Notes: generated by a model not told the origin, from the letters alone. A DNA stretch of 64,000 bases from Waddliaceae bacterium (GCA_963783885.1 CAWAPJ010000017.1:37791-101790), one strand, 5' to 3'. Positions 18,579 to 28,679 are shown, counted from the first letter of the stretch. Program-made: numbers and translations.

Positions 18579-21017
18579 TTATCTTGTGATCAATTTCTTT
18601 GAAGCAGATGCTGTGGGGGTGTTTGCTTGCAGTATCTTTGCGGGCGGGCCTTGAAAGATAAGTTTTCCTCCAAGTGGTCCTCCCCCGGGGCCAAGCTCCA
18701 GCAGCCAGTCAGCTTGAACGAGAATGTCGAGATTGTGTTCGATGACGAACACAGAATGACCCGCCGATACGAGGCGTCTTAGGATTTTTATCAGCTTCGA
18801 TACGTCGTGATGATGGAGGCCTGAAGAGGGCTCGTCGAGTATATAGAGGGTTTTTTGGGGCTCTTCGGCTGCCAGATCGGCAATGAGTTTCAACCGTTGA
18901 ATCTCTCCTGAAGAGAGGGTGTCAAAACGCTGCCCTAAGGTGAGATATCCCAGGCCGAGGTCGTTCATCAGTTTGAGTTTCCGGGAGATTGCCGGCATGT
19001 TTTGAAAAAACTCGCCGGCTTCTTGGGCCGTCAGATTCAATACATCGGCGATAGAATGATCGTTCCAGGTCACTTGAAGGGTTTCGTAATTAAATCGTTT
19101 TCCTTTGCACACCTCGCAGGGAATCACGATATCGGGAATAAGTTTTAATTTGACTTCCAGCTCTCCAAGCCCTCGGCACACCTCGCACCGTCCGCCGGGT
19201 TTGTTGAGGCTGAATCTCGATGCTGTATAGCCCCTCGCGCGGGCCAGCTTGGCGGAAGCAAACAGCGACCGCAAAGCATTCATGACGTGGATATAGGTCG
19301 CGGGGATCGACCGTTTTGTGATGCCCGCGGGTCGCTGCAGGGCTAATGAGAGTTTTTCTATGGATTCATAACCCTCTAAATCGGGACAGGGGACGCCATC
19401 CCTTTTCCATTTTTCCAGCCTTTTGGCTACGATGTCCATTGCCAAAGTGGATTTTCCTGATCCCGACACGCCGCAGATTCCCACAAAAGAATTTAAGGGG
19501 ATGCTTGCGGAAAAATTTTGCAAATTGTGGCAGCTTGCCGAAACTAGCGTGAGCGCGGGTTTGGTTTTTTCTTTTTTTTCTTCTGGAAAAGTGAGAGGCG
19601 TTGAAAGCCATTTTCCCGTCAGGGATTTTTTATCTTTTAAAAGCTGCTGGATGGTTCCCTGGAAAACAAGCTCGCCGCCATTTTGTCCCGAACCGGGCCC
19701 GATTTCTAAAATTTGATCGCTCATGGAAATGATTTGCCTGTCGTGTTCGACAATAAGGACAGTATTGCCGATTTCTTGGAGATTGCGAAGAACCTGGCAA
19801 AGCTTGCCGATATCTTGCGGGTGGAGGCCTCTTGAAGGTTCGTCCAATACATACAAAATCCCCGAAAGCCCCGCTCCGATAAGGGAGGCAAGCTGAACTC
19901 TTTTGGCTTCGCCTTCGCTGAGTGTTTTGAATTCGCGAAGAAGTTCCAGATAGCCGAGACCTACTTGGTTCAGCAATTGAAGACGGGAGGTAATTTCGGG
20001 TACGAGCTCATCGGCGATGGATTTTTCACTTCCTTCAAACTCCCATGAGTGGATTTCTTGCAGGAGGTTGTCGACTGAGAGGCTGTCTAATTGTTGGATG
20101 TTTTGATTTTTGATTTTGCAAAACAGGCTTTCAGGCTTGAGCTTCCCTCCATGGCAGCTAGGACAGATATCACCGTCAATTGTTCCTTTGCCCCTGCATC
20201 TTGGGCAGGCGCCCAACGGCGAGTTGAAATTAAAATCGGCCGGGGTGAGAGGAGAGAATTTCAGACCTGATTCGGGGCAGAGATAAATTTCGGTATAATA
20301 GCGAATGGGTCCCGTTTTTCCTTCCTGGACTTTCAATATGCCCTGGCTCAGTTCGATAGCAGTTTCAACAGATCCCGAAAGCCGGTCGCGTACTCCGCTT
20401 TTCATCTGAAGGCGATCGACAACAACTTCCAGCTCCTTGCCTTGAATATCCGGGTTTTCGGGATCGACTTCCTCGCCGTCTATCCGAATCCTGATGAATC
20501 CGGATTTATAGAGCCTCTCGGCAGCATCTTTAATGGTCTCGTGTTCAAGAGTAATGGGGGCAAAAAGCTGAATTTTGCTTCCTTCGGGATAGTCTTTGAG
20601 GATCTCTTCGACAATTACGTTGCGGGGGAATCGGTGCAGGGGCTTTCCGGTAGCCGGGCTGTGCTGCCTGCCAATTTTTGCATAGAGGATAGCCAGAAAA
20701 TCGTAGATATCGGTCTCTGTCGAGACTGTTGCCGAGGGGTGAAAGGACGCTTTGCTGTGGCCGATGGATAGTGTCGGAGAGAGTCCTTCGATTTTTTCCA
20801 CGTCGGGTTTTGGCATCTGTTTGATTCGGGAGCGGATGTCGGGAGACAGGTACTCCATAAAACGCCTCTGTCCTTCGGCGTAAAGAGTGTCAAAGGCTAG
20901 CGAGGACTTTCCCGATCCGCTAACGCCCGTGATCGCGACGACACAATTTTTTGGGAGCTGGACGGAGAGATTTTTTAAATTATTTTGTTTGCATTTTTTC
21001 AGAATTAGATGATTCAT
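18579..21017 (-). CDS. uvrA: UvrA-family excinuclease ABC ATPase (single-length, insertion domain absent)
   Basis: NNLKN, GVSGSGKSSLAFDTLYAEGQRR, FNFNSPLGACPRC, second GVSGSGKST, FSLNKPGGRCEVC, LDEP and IEHNLD motifs. Likely start is ATG 21017 (MNHLILK). Confidence 0.85.
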   Translation of the reverse strand: MNHLILKKCKQNNLKNLSVQLPKNCVVAITGVSGSGKSSLAFDTLYAEGQRRFMEYLSPDIRSRIKQMPKPDVEKIEGLSPTLSIGHSKASFHPSATVSTETDIYDFLAILYAKIGRQHSPATGKPLHRFPRNVIVEEILKDYPEGSKIQLFAPITLEHETIKDAAERLYKSGFIRIRIDGEEVDPENPDIQGKELEVVVDRLQMKSGVRDRLSGSVETAIELSQGILKVQEGKTGPIRYYTEIYLCPESGLKFSPLTPADFNFNSPLGACPRCRGKGTIDGDICPSCHGGKLKPESLFCKIKNQNIQQLDSLSVDNLLQEIHSWEFEGSEKSIADELVPEITSRLQLLNQVGLGYLELLREFKTLSEGEAKRVQLASLIGAGLSGILYVLDEPSRGLHPQDIGKLCQVLRNLQEIGNTVLIVEHDRQIISMSDQILEIGPGSGQNGGELVFQGTIQQLLKDKKSLTGKWLSTPLTFPEEKKEKTKPALTLVSASCHNLQNFSASIPLNSFVGICGVSGSGKSTLAMDIVAKRLEKWKRDGVPCPDLEGYESIEKLSLALQRPAGITKRSIPATYIHVMNALRSLFASAKLARARGYTASRFSLNKPGGRCEVCRGLGELEVKLKLIPDIVIPCEVCKGKRFNYETLQVTWNDHSIADVLNLTAQEAGEFFQNMPAISRKLKLMNDLGLGYLTLGQRFDTLSSGEIQRLKLIADLAAEEPQKTLYILDEPSSGLHHHDVSKLIKILRRLVSAGHSVFVIEHNLDILVQADWLLELGPGGGPLGGKLIFQGPPAKILQANTPTASASKKLITR

Positions 21018-21372
21018 AAGGAAGCAGTTCGTATTGCGTCTTGCAGTTTTCAAGATCGCAGGTGACTCTATAGGGAAGATTATGGCGATTTCTGGCAAAA
21101 AAGACCAGCTTCCCTTCTTCTTTCTTTGGTTTGTCGATACTTGAAGTGTCAAAAATGCCGAAGTCGGAAATCCTGGGCTGGAGATTCCATTCTTGGTTTT
21201 CTTGAGAGATGCGCTTTTTGTATTGCCGGCAAAAGGAGTCGGGATTTTTAATTAAACTGTAGCCTGATTCCCTTAAAACGTTAGCGGCAATATCTTCAAG
21301 CACACCTGCTTGAGACGATTTTTGAGCAGGTGAAGGGACATAATTTTGGATACGGGTTTCAGTGGATATCAT
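20980..21372 (-). CDS. Hypothetical protein
   Basis: 130-aa ORF filling the gap between the lipoprotein gene and uvrA on the same strand; no recognisable motif. Confidence 0.45.
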   Translation of the reverse strand: MISTETRIQNYVPSPAQKSSQAGVLEDIAANVLRESGYSLIKNPDSFCRQYKKRISQENQEWNLQPRISDFGIFDTSSIDKPKKEEGKLVFFARNRHNLPYRVTCDLENCKTQYELLPYESSNSEKMQTK

Positions 21373-21398
21373 ATTTCCCTCTCATATGCCGGATTGTA

Positions 21399-22211
21399 TT
21401 ACAATCTCAAGTAATTTTTTTCCGCAAGATCCCAATTAAAAAGAACTCTTTTATCTTCATCTTTATCATATCTGACTTGTACTCTGAGATATGGATAGGG
21501 ATGCCTGTTATCGAAGTCCCTCCCTTCACCTGGCCCGTATATTTTGATATAGATTTCCTTATTGTACCACGGAAGGGTGGAAACATCGATGTCTTCCTTT
21601 CTATATCTTTGAAAATCAGTATATTCTTTGGAATAATGGGGTAAGCGATAATAGTCCATCAAAAGCCTGGCGACTTTTTCCGGTTCATATTCCATTCCTT
21701 GGATATAAAAAGCGGCCTCGGCTCCTATCATATGCTTAGAAATTGTGCTCTGTCCTTCGGCACGGGCATATTGATGGTGCTTCGGGCATCTGTGCCCTGT
21801 TGTGATGACGACTTTCCGGTGGGTGGTTTCCTGAAGATAGTTCATTAAGTCGATGAGTATAGGGTAGATAAACTCTTTTCCGTTTTTTAGAGGAAGGCTG
21901 TGGCTTGCCGCCCCGCCGCAGTCCTCCACCCTTGACCGGCCAATGATCCTGGGCGGGTTCATCATGCTCCCATTGCAGCAAAAATAGTCTTTTGTGATTG
22001 GGGGAAACGGGGTCTTGCTTTCCGTTTCCCAAACATACCTTGGCAGGTCTTTTTTTTGCGGAGGCAAAGCGGTCCAATGCCTGTCGCTGTGAAGCCTCTC
22101 GATAAATTCCGCTTCCTGATGATTTTTAGGTTGCTCCGATAAATTGTCGCACCCCGAAAATAGGAGTAGCAAATACAATAGAGCAATACATCTTGACTTG
22201 AGCGCCATCAT
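21399..22211 (-). CDS. Chlamydial lipoprotein with peptidase M15-like motifs
   Basis: Lipobox LLFSGC; ITTGHRCPKH and SKHMIGAE motifs resemble M15 D-Ala-D-Ala peptidase fold; next to the HAD/truA/ispD block. Confidence 0.6.
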   Translation of the reverse strand: MMALKSRCIALLYLLLLFSGCDNLSEQPKNHQEAEFIERLHSDRHWTALPPQKKDLPRYVWETESKTPFPPITKDYFCCNGSMMNPPRIIGRSRVEDCGGAASHSLPLKNGKEFIYPILIDLMNYLQETTHRKVVITTGHRCPKHHQYARAEGQSTISKHMIGAEAAFYIQGMEYEPEKVARLLMDYYRLPHYSKEYTDFQRYRKEDIDVSTLPWYNKEIYIKIYGPGEGRDFDNRHPYPYLRVQVRYDKDEDKRVLFNWDLAEKNYLRL

Positions 22212-22243
22212 ATGGGATTTTATAACATTTAGGAGATTTTCAT

Positions 22244-22927
22244 ATGCAATGGATTCATGATTACGATCTCTTTCTTTTTGATTTTGACGGCTTGCTTGTC
22301 AATACCGAAGAACTTCATTTTCGGGCTTATAAGGAAATGTGCGAAAGATTCGGGTTTGATCTTGACTGGAGTTTCCAGCAATACGCCGAGATCGCCCACA
22401 TTAGCTCCCAGGGACTTCGAGAGGAAATCTATAAAAAATTCCCCGCTCTTGCGGCCAGCCACCCCCATTGGGATGTATTGTATCAGGAAAAAACCCTGAG
22501 TTACCTCGATCTATTGAGGCAAGGAGAAGTTCAGCTGATGCCGGGTGTCGGCGAGTTTTTGCACGAGATCGTCAAACGGCACAAAAAAACTTGCGTGGTC
22601 ACAAATTCCAGCAGGCAAATGGTAGAAGCGATCATCGACTGCCATCCTGCTCTTCAACTTATCGATGCATGGGTGACCCGGGAAGATTACGACAAACCGA
22701 AGCCCGATCCCGAATGCTATATCAAAGCCATCAGGGAATTCATTTCGGAAGAAGGAAAAGCCATCGGGTTCGAGGACTCCCCCCGCGGATTGCAGGCTCT
22801 TCTAAATTCGGACGCTGCCGCTGTCCTCATCACGGAAATCGAGTATCCGACGCTATCTGAACTGATGGATGAGAGGGTCAGGCGCTTCCATTCATTTAAC
22901 GACTTGCTCCTCAATACAAGACTTTGA
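22244..22927 (+). CDS. HAD family phosphatase
   Basis: FDFDGLLVNTE motif I, VVTNS, KPKPDPECY, FEDSPRG. Confidence 0.9.
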   Translation: MQWIHDYDLFLFDFDGLLVNTEELHFRAYKEMCERFGFDLDWSFQQYAEIAHISSQGLREEIYKKFPALAASHPHWDVLYQEKTLSYLDLLRQGEVQLMPGVGEFLHEIVKRHKKTCVVTNSSRQMVEAIIDCHPALQLIDAWVTREDYDKPKPDPECYIKAIREFISEEGKAIGFEDSPRGLQALLNSDAAAVLITEIEYPTLSELMDERVRRFHSFNDLLLNTRL

Positions 22928-23663
22928 CAAGGAAAAGACCGGTAGGAGGGGCCGCTTTGCTTGCATAGCGCCTGTCTTTTTTTTCGAAAACTTTCTCGAT
23001 GTCTTCAAGGGACCTTTTTCCCGACGCGATATCGAGAAGCATGCCCACAATGTTCCTGACCATTTTATAGAGAAAACCATCGGCTTCGAATTCCAGCCTG
23101 ACGCCCCCCTCTTGCTCGATGACATCGAGCCGTTTGATTGTGCGGACGGGATTTTTTGCCGCTGAGCCTTCTGCCGCGGAATTGGCAAAGGATGTGAAGT
23201 CGTGCGTTCCGATAAATTTTGCCGCGGCTTTTTTAAGGAGGTCCACGTCAAGGGGCTTGGCAAAATAAGTGGTATAGAGGCGGTTCATGGGGCTTTGGAC
23301 TTTCTTCAGCCAAAGATGGTAGTGATAGATTTTCCCTTTTGCTGAATATCTTGCGTGAAAATCGTCATCGACTCTGCTGATTTCGAGCACGCGGATATCC
23401 CGAGGAAGCAGGCCGTTGGCAGCGGCCATAAAGCGTCTTGTATCGATCTCTTTGGAGACCGAAAAATGGGCCGTTTGACCGAGGGCGTGAACACCGGCGT
23501 CGGTTCTCCCCGACCCGACGATCCACACCTCTTCTTGGAGGAATTTTTCGAGGGTTTTTTTTAGAGTTTCCTGAATCGACGGAGCATCAGGCTGCACCTG
23601 CCAACCGCTATAGCAGGTTCCGTCGTATTGGAGAATGAGTTTATATTTAATTTGCTCTGACAT
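22911..23663 (-). CDS. truA: tRNA pseudouridine(38-40) synthase
   Basis: YDGTCYSGWQ, GSGRTDAGVHA, FHARYSA, HDFTSF and GFLYKMVRNIVG motifs. Confidence 0.97.
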   Translation of the reverse strand: MSEQIKYKLILQYDGTCYSGWQVQPDAPSIQETLKKTLEKFLQEEVWIVGSGRTDAGVHALGQTAHFSVSKEIDTRRFMAAANGLLPRDIRVLEISRVDDDFHARYSAKGKIYHYHLWLKKVQSPMNRLYTTYFAKPLDVDLLKKAAAKFIGTHDFTSFANSAAEGSAAKNPVRTIKRLDVIEQEGGVRLEFEADGFLYKMVRNIVGMLLDIASGKRSLEDIEKVFEKKDRRYASKAAPPTGLFLVKVLY

Positions 23664-24303
23664 AACTTTCCGCGAGAGTCAAATCTTCGTTTGTTGTGAT
23701 TTTTATATTCATATAAGACCCTGTGACAAGTTTGACGGGGCGGCCCAGAATCTCGACGAGCGAGACATCGTCGGTCACAGTTAGGTTTCTTTTTTCCGCA
23801 AGTTCAAAACCTTCGATAAGAAGCTCTTTTCTGATGACCTGCGGTGTTTGAACTTCAAAGAACCGATCTCTATCGGGAGTTTCGACAACAAAGCCGGCGC
23901 TATTGGCTTCTTTGATGGTAAATTTCAGGGGAACTCCCGGAGCGGAGGCTCCAACTTCTCTTGCGGCTTCTATCACGTCTGTTATCAACTTTGCTGTTAA
24001 AAAAGGGCGGGCGGCATCGTGAATTAAAATAGTGCCCGACTTAGGCGATGCGGCGGCCAGCCCGGACTGCACAGAATCCTGCCTTCTTTCTCCTGGATCG
24101 GCAAAGAGGACTTTTGGGTGGGGAAAAAACGATCGGTACTTTTTATCGCAAACGACGATGACTTCGCCGATAAGCTCATGCTTGAAGAGGGTGTCGAAGC
24201 TATATTCGGCAAGAGTCATGCTCCCAAGCGGAAGAAATTGTTTGGGAGTTTCACTCTTGATGCGAGTGCCAAGCCCCCCTGCAAGTAAAATGGCACTGAT
24301 CAT
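23647..24303 (-). CDS. ispD: 2-C-methyl-D-erythritol 4-phosphate cytidylyltransferase
   Basis: LLAGGLGTR, PKQF, RRQDSV, IHDAARPF, QTPQ, TDD and NIKITT motifs. Confidence 0.93.
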   Translation of the reverse strand: MISAILLAGGLGTRIKSETPKQFLPLGSMTLAEYSFDTLFKHELIGEVIVVCDKKYRSFFPHPKVLFADPGERRQDSVQSGLAAASPKSGTILIHDAARPFLTAKLITDVIEAAREVGASAPGVPLKFTIKEANSAGFVVETPDRDRFFEVQTPQVIRKELLIEGFELAEKRNLTVTDDVSLVEILGRPVKLVTGSYMNIKITTNEDLTLAESYVRAN

Positions 24304-25244
24304 ACGATTCTCCTTAATTTAAATAATGTAATTTCCGGAAGCGAGCAAAGGCGAAATTTAAAGACGCTTCCGATTCCCCGATTTATATAAATGGTTTTGT
24401 GATTTTCGCGAAAAAGCCCCCGTTTGTATCGGGGATTTTCCATCAGAGTCAAACGGTTCCATAGTCCTGGCAGGTTGATTTGGGCGCCGTGCGTGTGGCC
24501 GCATAGAATCAAATCTGCCGGTTGACTTGCCAGCAAAGGGATCGTGTCGGGATTGTGGGCGAGGACAACTGTCGGACCTTTGCAGTCAAGATGGGGCTGT
24601 GCGCGTCTTAGCATATATTCTCCCAGTCCAGCAACATTGAGGGAGGAGTTTTTGACGGGAACCTGCGCTGTTTCGTTGTGCAAAAGACGAAAGGAAGTGC
24701 GTTTCAAGAGCTCCATCAAAGGGCCGTGGAAGCCTGCTTTTTTTGCGGCTTCTGAAACATTTCCGGTAATGACGGGTCGTTTGAACAAGAGTTTAAGTCC
24801 GGCGGCAACATTGCCTTCTTTTCTCTCGATGGCATCATAGTCGCCGGTCGTTGTATTGACCAAAATGGGCCTGTCATAGTCGTGATTGCCGAGTACGGCA
24901 AAGCAGCCATATGGGGCGCTTAAGCTGCTGAAAAATACCTCCAGCCGGTTGGGGTCATCCATTTTCGAGTAGCAGAGAAAATCTCCGGTAAAGGCAATCA
25001 GGTCGGGTTTCAGATTTAGGATTTTTTTTGTCAGGCGCCTCAGAAAACCATCGGAGAGGGATTTGCTTAGGTGCAGGTCGCTGAACTGGGCAATGCGAAA
25101 ACCGTCAAGATCTTGCGGAAGATTTTGAATGGGGCAGTCGATTTTTGTCGTCGTCAGAAGATTGGGTTCGATATACCTTCCCCATATTCCGACGACAGAG
25201 AGGATGCATCCCAATTCCCAAGCTATGTTCAAGTGTTTAGTCAT
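24300..25244 (-). CDS. lpxG: UDP-2,3-diacylglucosamine diphosphatase LpxG (calcineurin-like metallophosphoesterase)
   Basis: N-terminal TM then IEPN, SDLH, TGDF, GNHD, HNPD and GHTHG motifs; position between SWIB gene and ispD matches the chlamydial lpxG locus. Confidence 0.75.
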   Translation of the reverse strand: MTKHLNIAWELGCILSVVGIWGRYIEPNLLTTTKIDCPIQNLPQDLDGFRIAQFSDLHLSKSLSDGFLRRLTKKILNLKPDLIAFTGDFLCYSKMDDPNRLEVFFSSLSAPYGCFAVLGNHDYDRPILVNTTTGDYDAIERKEGNVAAGLKLLFKRPVITGNVSEAAKKAGFHGPLMELLKRTSFRLLHNETAQVPVKNSSLNVAGLGEYMLRRAQPHLDCKGPTVVLAHNPDTIPLLASQPADLILCGHTHGAQINLPGLWNRLTLMENPRYKRGLFRENHKTIYINRGIGSVFKFRLCSLPEITLFKLRRIV

Positions 25245-25272
25245 TACCGGATAAAATTATATCATAGAGAGC

Positions 25273-25312
25273 AAAAAAAATCTCCTTTAGAAAATTCATC
25301 CCAAAGGAGATT
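25273..25312 (-). terminator. Rho-independent terminator after the SWIB gene
   Basis: AATCTCCTTT...AAAGGAGATT stem preceded by an A-tract (U-tract on minus strand). Confidence 0.6.
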
Positions 25313-25334
25313 GATAGAAAATATTTTAAACGAC

Positions 25335-25619
25335 TCAAGCTCTTGCAGGCGCTTTGTCGCTGAGATGCTTGGAGACCTTTGCGGTCATTTTAAACATGTC
25401 AATCTGTTTGGAACCCAATACTTTTTTGAGTTTATCGTCAGGATTGATCATCCTTTTGTTTTTGGTGTCCTGCAGCTTGTATTTCTTGATGTAGGCCCAA
25501 AGCTTTTTAGTGACTTCCGTGCGCGGCATGGCTTTTTTGCCGACGATTTCTGCCAATTCTTCACTCGGGTAGACAGGCTTCATGAATGCAGAATTTTGCT
25601 TCTTCTTCTTAGTCATCAT
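25335..25619 (-). CDS. SWIB/MDM2 domain protein
   Basis: NSAFMKPV.PSEELAEIVG...MPRTEVTKKLWAYIKK..LQD..NKRMINPDDKL..IDMFKMT; stand-alone SWIB protein typical of Chlamydiae. Likely ATG 25619 after GGAGA. Confidence 0.93.
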   Translation of the reverse strand: MMTKKKKQNSAFMKPVYPSEELAEIVGKKAMPRTEVTKKLWAYIKKYKLQDTKNKRMINPDDKLKKVLGSKQIDMFKMTAKVSKHLSDKAPARA

Positions 25620-25889
25620 TTCTCCTATTGGGTTTTTTAAGATCTTCATGCAGCCGAAAGAGGTCTGCAAAGATCCTGTTTATTGATTAAACGTTTAAGG
25701 CACTTTTTATCCTTCTCGGTATTTTAGTGTCAAAATATTTCAACCCACTCAATTTGTGCGGATTGTAAATCATTTGTTGAAACATTGTCTATGTAATTAA
25801 TATACAATAAATTATATTTGTTTTACAGAGAGAATGTTTTTTGTGTATAAATTTTCGCTTTTACAAGAAAAGCATCCGGTGGCAAGCTG

Positions 25890-28049
25890 ATGGGCATGAA
25901 GTTCTCGGAGAAAATCCAAATTCTTTTGCCCTTGGCCCAAACTCTTTGCCGGATGGAAAAATCGGAAGAAAAAGCCGAATACCTGAAGGGCTTTTCTCCG
26001 GTGCAGAAGTACTTAAGCGCCAATATTTTCGCGCAAGAAATATTAGATCATTTCGAGCCTCATTGCCAGGTTTCCCTTTTGTCTTTGATTGCCTTGGGAG
26101 AAGGAGATGTGCTTTTTTGCAAATTCACCTTTTCAGAAGAGGAAATCGGAGCTCTTCACGACTTGGCCGAAAGACTGGTTCATGTTGAAAAATTTTATCA
26201 CGCGATTGGCGGCATCATAGGCTATTATCTGGCGTTCATTCGTCTTCTTGCCGATACCGGAAAGCATTCGCATGAAGGGGTCGGTTATGAGAATCCTGAA
26301 ACTTTTGATCTTTCAGTAAAGTCGGCACTTGTTAAAGACGCAACCCTTATCGGATTGGAACATTTAAACCGTGTTGCGGCAATCTTTCCTGTGGGAGGCG
26401 CCGGCGATCGGCTGGATTTGCATGACGAGGAGAGCGGCCAGCCTCTTCCCGCGGCGAAACTAAAATTTTGCGGATCGTCTCTTCTTCAGCAAATGATCAG
26501 CGATATTCAGGCCCTTGAATATCTTTATTACAAACTATTTGCCAGGCAAGTTATGGTCCCTATCGCTTTGATGACTTCTTTCGAGAAGGACAACCATAAT
26601 TTTATCCGTGAAATTTGCGCCGCTAGCAAATGGTTTTATCGAGATCCCGAATCCATTTTCACAGTCGTTCAGCCTCTTGTCCCCGTGATTACCGAAGAGG
26701 GAAGATTTGCCTTTTCGTCTCCGCATGAATTGAACTGGAAGCCCGGAGGGCATGGGGTGATTTGGAAGCTGGCCATCGACGAGGGCGTCGTCGATCATCT
26801 GCTTCATAAAGGAATCGACAAGGCGTTTTTAAGGCAGGTCAACAATCCTCTTGCCGGACTTGACAATAACATTCTCGGCCTGATTGGAAGAGGATTTGAA
26901 GAGGATATGGATTTTGGAGTCATCGCATGCGAAAGACCGGTAAATACCCAAGAAGGGATGATAGTCCTCAAGAAGGTGGAAGGGAAGTATTGCTTGACGA
27001 ATATCGAATATACCGAATTTGTTAAAGAAGGTTTGGAAGACAAGCCGAAAGAGGAAGGCGAGCCCTATTCGATTTATCCGGCAAATACGAATATTTTGTT
27101 TGCCGACTTTAAAGCTGTTAAAAATGCCATTGAGAAAGATCCTTTTCCGGGATTGATGATCAATTTGAAGGCGAAATTTACCTCCATGGATGAATCAGGA
27201 GTCGTGAGACAGGTAAAAGGGGGACGCCTGGAGACTCTGATGCAAAACATTTCCGATAAGATGGTCTATTCCCTGAAAGGCTCCATGCGGAGTTTTGCGG
27301 TGTATAATCCCAGGCAAAAGGTGATTTCCAGCACCAAGCGCACTTATGAAGCGGGAAAATATGAAATAGATACCCCGGAAAACGCGTTTTATGATCTGCT
27401 CGTCAACCATCGCGATTTATTGTCGAATCACTGCCGCTTTCATATGCCCGCGATGCCCTCTTTTGAGGAATACCTTGAGAAAGGTCCCTCTTTTGTTTTG
27501 AAATATCATCCTTCCCTCGGCCCTCTCTACGAGATTATTGCCCAAAAATTATCGGCCGGAGTTTTGGGCTATGGCTCCCATCTCGAGCTCTTGATCGCCG
27601 AGCTCGATATCGATAATCTTTATCTCGATGGAAGTTTGCAAATCGCATCGGACTTTCCCATGGGGCGGCCTGACGATCAAAATCACATGATTTACAGTGA
27701 AAAGGGCCCAAAATGCGAAATGATCAACTGCACAGTTGTCAATAAAGGAATCGATCGCAAAAAGGTCTCCAAGTGGTGGAAAAACCGGTATTCTTTTGAA
27801 GAGACTTGCCGCCTTGCAATTCATGGCAATGGGGAATTTTTCGCCGAGGACGTCGCTTTTCATGGGCCTCTTTGCATTGAGGTGCCAGATGGGCAGCGCG
27901 TGACAGCCTCAATGGATAACGGGAAAGTTGTCTTTGATAGAAGAGTGATTAAGGATCCGGCATGGTATTGGATTTACTCGATAGACGATGAGAATAATAT
28001 TGTCTTGACTAAGAAAGAATACGCTCTGCAAAAAGGCCTCTCGAGATAA
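25890..28049 (+). CDS. UTP--sugar-1-phosphate uridylyltransferase, plant UGP3-like
   Basis: GGIIGY, PVGGAGDRL, KPGGHG, RQVNNP, YPANTNILF and GGRLETLMQNI motifs; 719 aa with C-terminal beta-helix-like region. Confidence 0.8.
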   Translation: MGMKFSEKIQILLPLAQTLCRMEKSEEKAEYLKGFSPVQKYLSANIFAQEILDHFEPHCQVSLLSLIALGEGDVLFCKFTFSEEEIGALHDLAERLVHVEKFYHAIGGIIGYYLAFIRLLADTGKHSHEGVGYENPETFDLSVKSALVKDATLIGLEHLNRVAAIFPVGGAGDRLDLHDEESGQPLPAAKLKFCGSSLLQQMISDIQALEYLYYKLFARQVMVPIALMTSFEKDNHNFIREICAASKWFYRDPESIFTVVQPLVPVITEEGRFAFSSPHELNWKPGGHGVIWKLAIDEGVVDHLLHKGIDKAFLRQVNNPLAGLDNNILGLIGRGFEEDMDFGVIACERPVNTQEGMIVLKKVEGKYCLTNIEYTEFVKEGLEDKPKEEGEPYSIYPANTNILFADFKAVKNAIEKDPFPGLMINLKAKFTSMDESGVVRQVKGGRLETLMQNISDKMVYSLKGSMRSFAVYNPRQKVISSTKRTYEAGKYEIDTPENAFYDLLVNHRDLLSNHCRFHMPAMPSFEEYLEKGPSFVLKYHPSLGPLYEIIAQKLSAGVLGYGSHLELLIAELDIDNLYLDGSLQIASDFPMGRPDDQNHMIYSEKGPKCEMINCTVVNKGIDRKKVSKWWKNRYSFEETCRLAIHGNGEFFAEDVAFHGPLCIEVPDGQRVTASMDNGKVVFDRRVIKDPAWYWIYSIDDENNIVLTKKEYALQKGLSR

Positions 28050-28062
28050 GAGAGGCCTTTTT
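28030..28062. terminator. Bidirectional terminator between convergent genes
   Basis: AAAAAGGCCTCTC-GAGATAA-GAGAGGCCTTTTT. Confidence 0.8.
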
Positions 28063-28073
28063 CAAAGCATCTT

Positions 28074-28487
28074 TTATGCAATGATAGGCTTAGATGCCCC
28101 AAAAGCAAAGCCTCCGAATAATCCGGCGGCAACAGAGGCAATTCGAACTCCGAGTTGGACCGCTTCGTTGTTTTTGATTGGAGGACATTTTTCCGCAGCA
28201 ATAAAAAGACCGATTGCAGCTAGAACTGCGATACAACCGAGTCCGGTATTGCTGATCAAAAATGCCCCGGCGACAGCAAGAAGAGGAAGGGTTTTCTGCC
28301 ATCCGGCCTGTACTTTTGATGCGACCCAGCTCAATCCCGAACAAATTTTGGAAGGGATATTCAGACCGGTGATAACATTTTTCAACTCCACGACTTTTCT
28401 TCCGGCCCACCTGACAGCATTCCCAACGGCATTTGCAGTTGTTGAAACTATATTGCATGCTGTATTTTTGATGCTTTCGATGCTCAT
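28074..28487 (-). CDS. Small hydrophobic protein, candidate inclusion-membrane (Inc-like) protein
   Basis: Amphipathic N-terminus, ~32-aa bilobed hydrophobic stretch (LPLLAVAGAFLISNTGLGCIAVLAAIGLFIAA) and a further C-terminal hydrophobic helix; AAGGAG RBS. Confidence 0.5.
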   Translation of the reverse strand: MSIESIKNTACNIVSTTANAVGNAVRWAGRKVVELKNVITGLNIPSKICSGLSWVASKVQAGWQKTLPLLAVAGAFLISNTGLGCIAVLAAIGLFIAAEKCPPIKNNEAVQLGVRIASVAAGLFGGFAFGASKPIIA

Positions 28488-28679
28488 GATTTACTCCTTG
28501 GTAATTGATGCATTCAAGATATTTATAACGTACATTTCCAAGTTGAAAGGTAATATATCGGTTCTCGGAATAATAATCAAATGCTTACCTCTTGTTAGAA
28601 ATTTTCTTTTTCCCTAAAATTTACCCTTGCCTGCATTACCTACAAAGTTCGATGCAGGGTTAACATCAATGAGGGTAAC

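Noticed and set aside
25335-25619. Eukaryote-like SWIB domain as a novelty
   Set aside because: Well-known conserved chlamydial gene in its usual neighbourhood.
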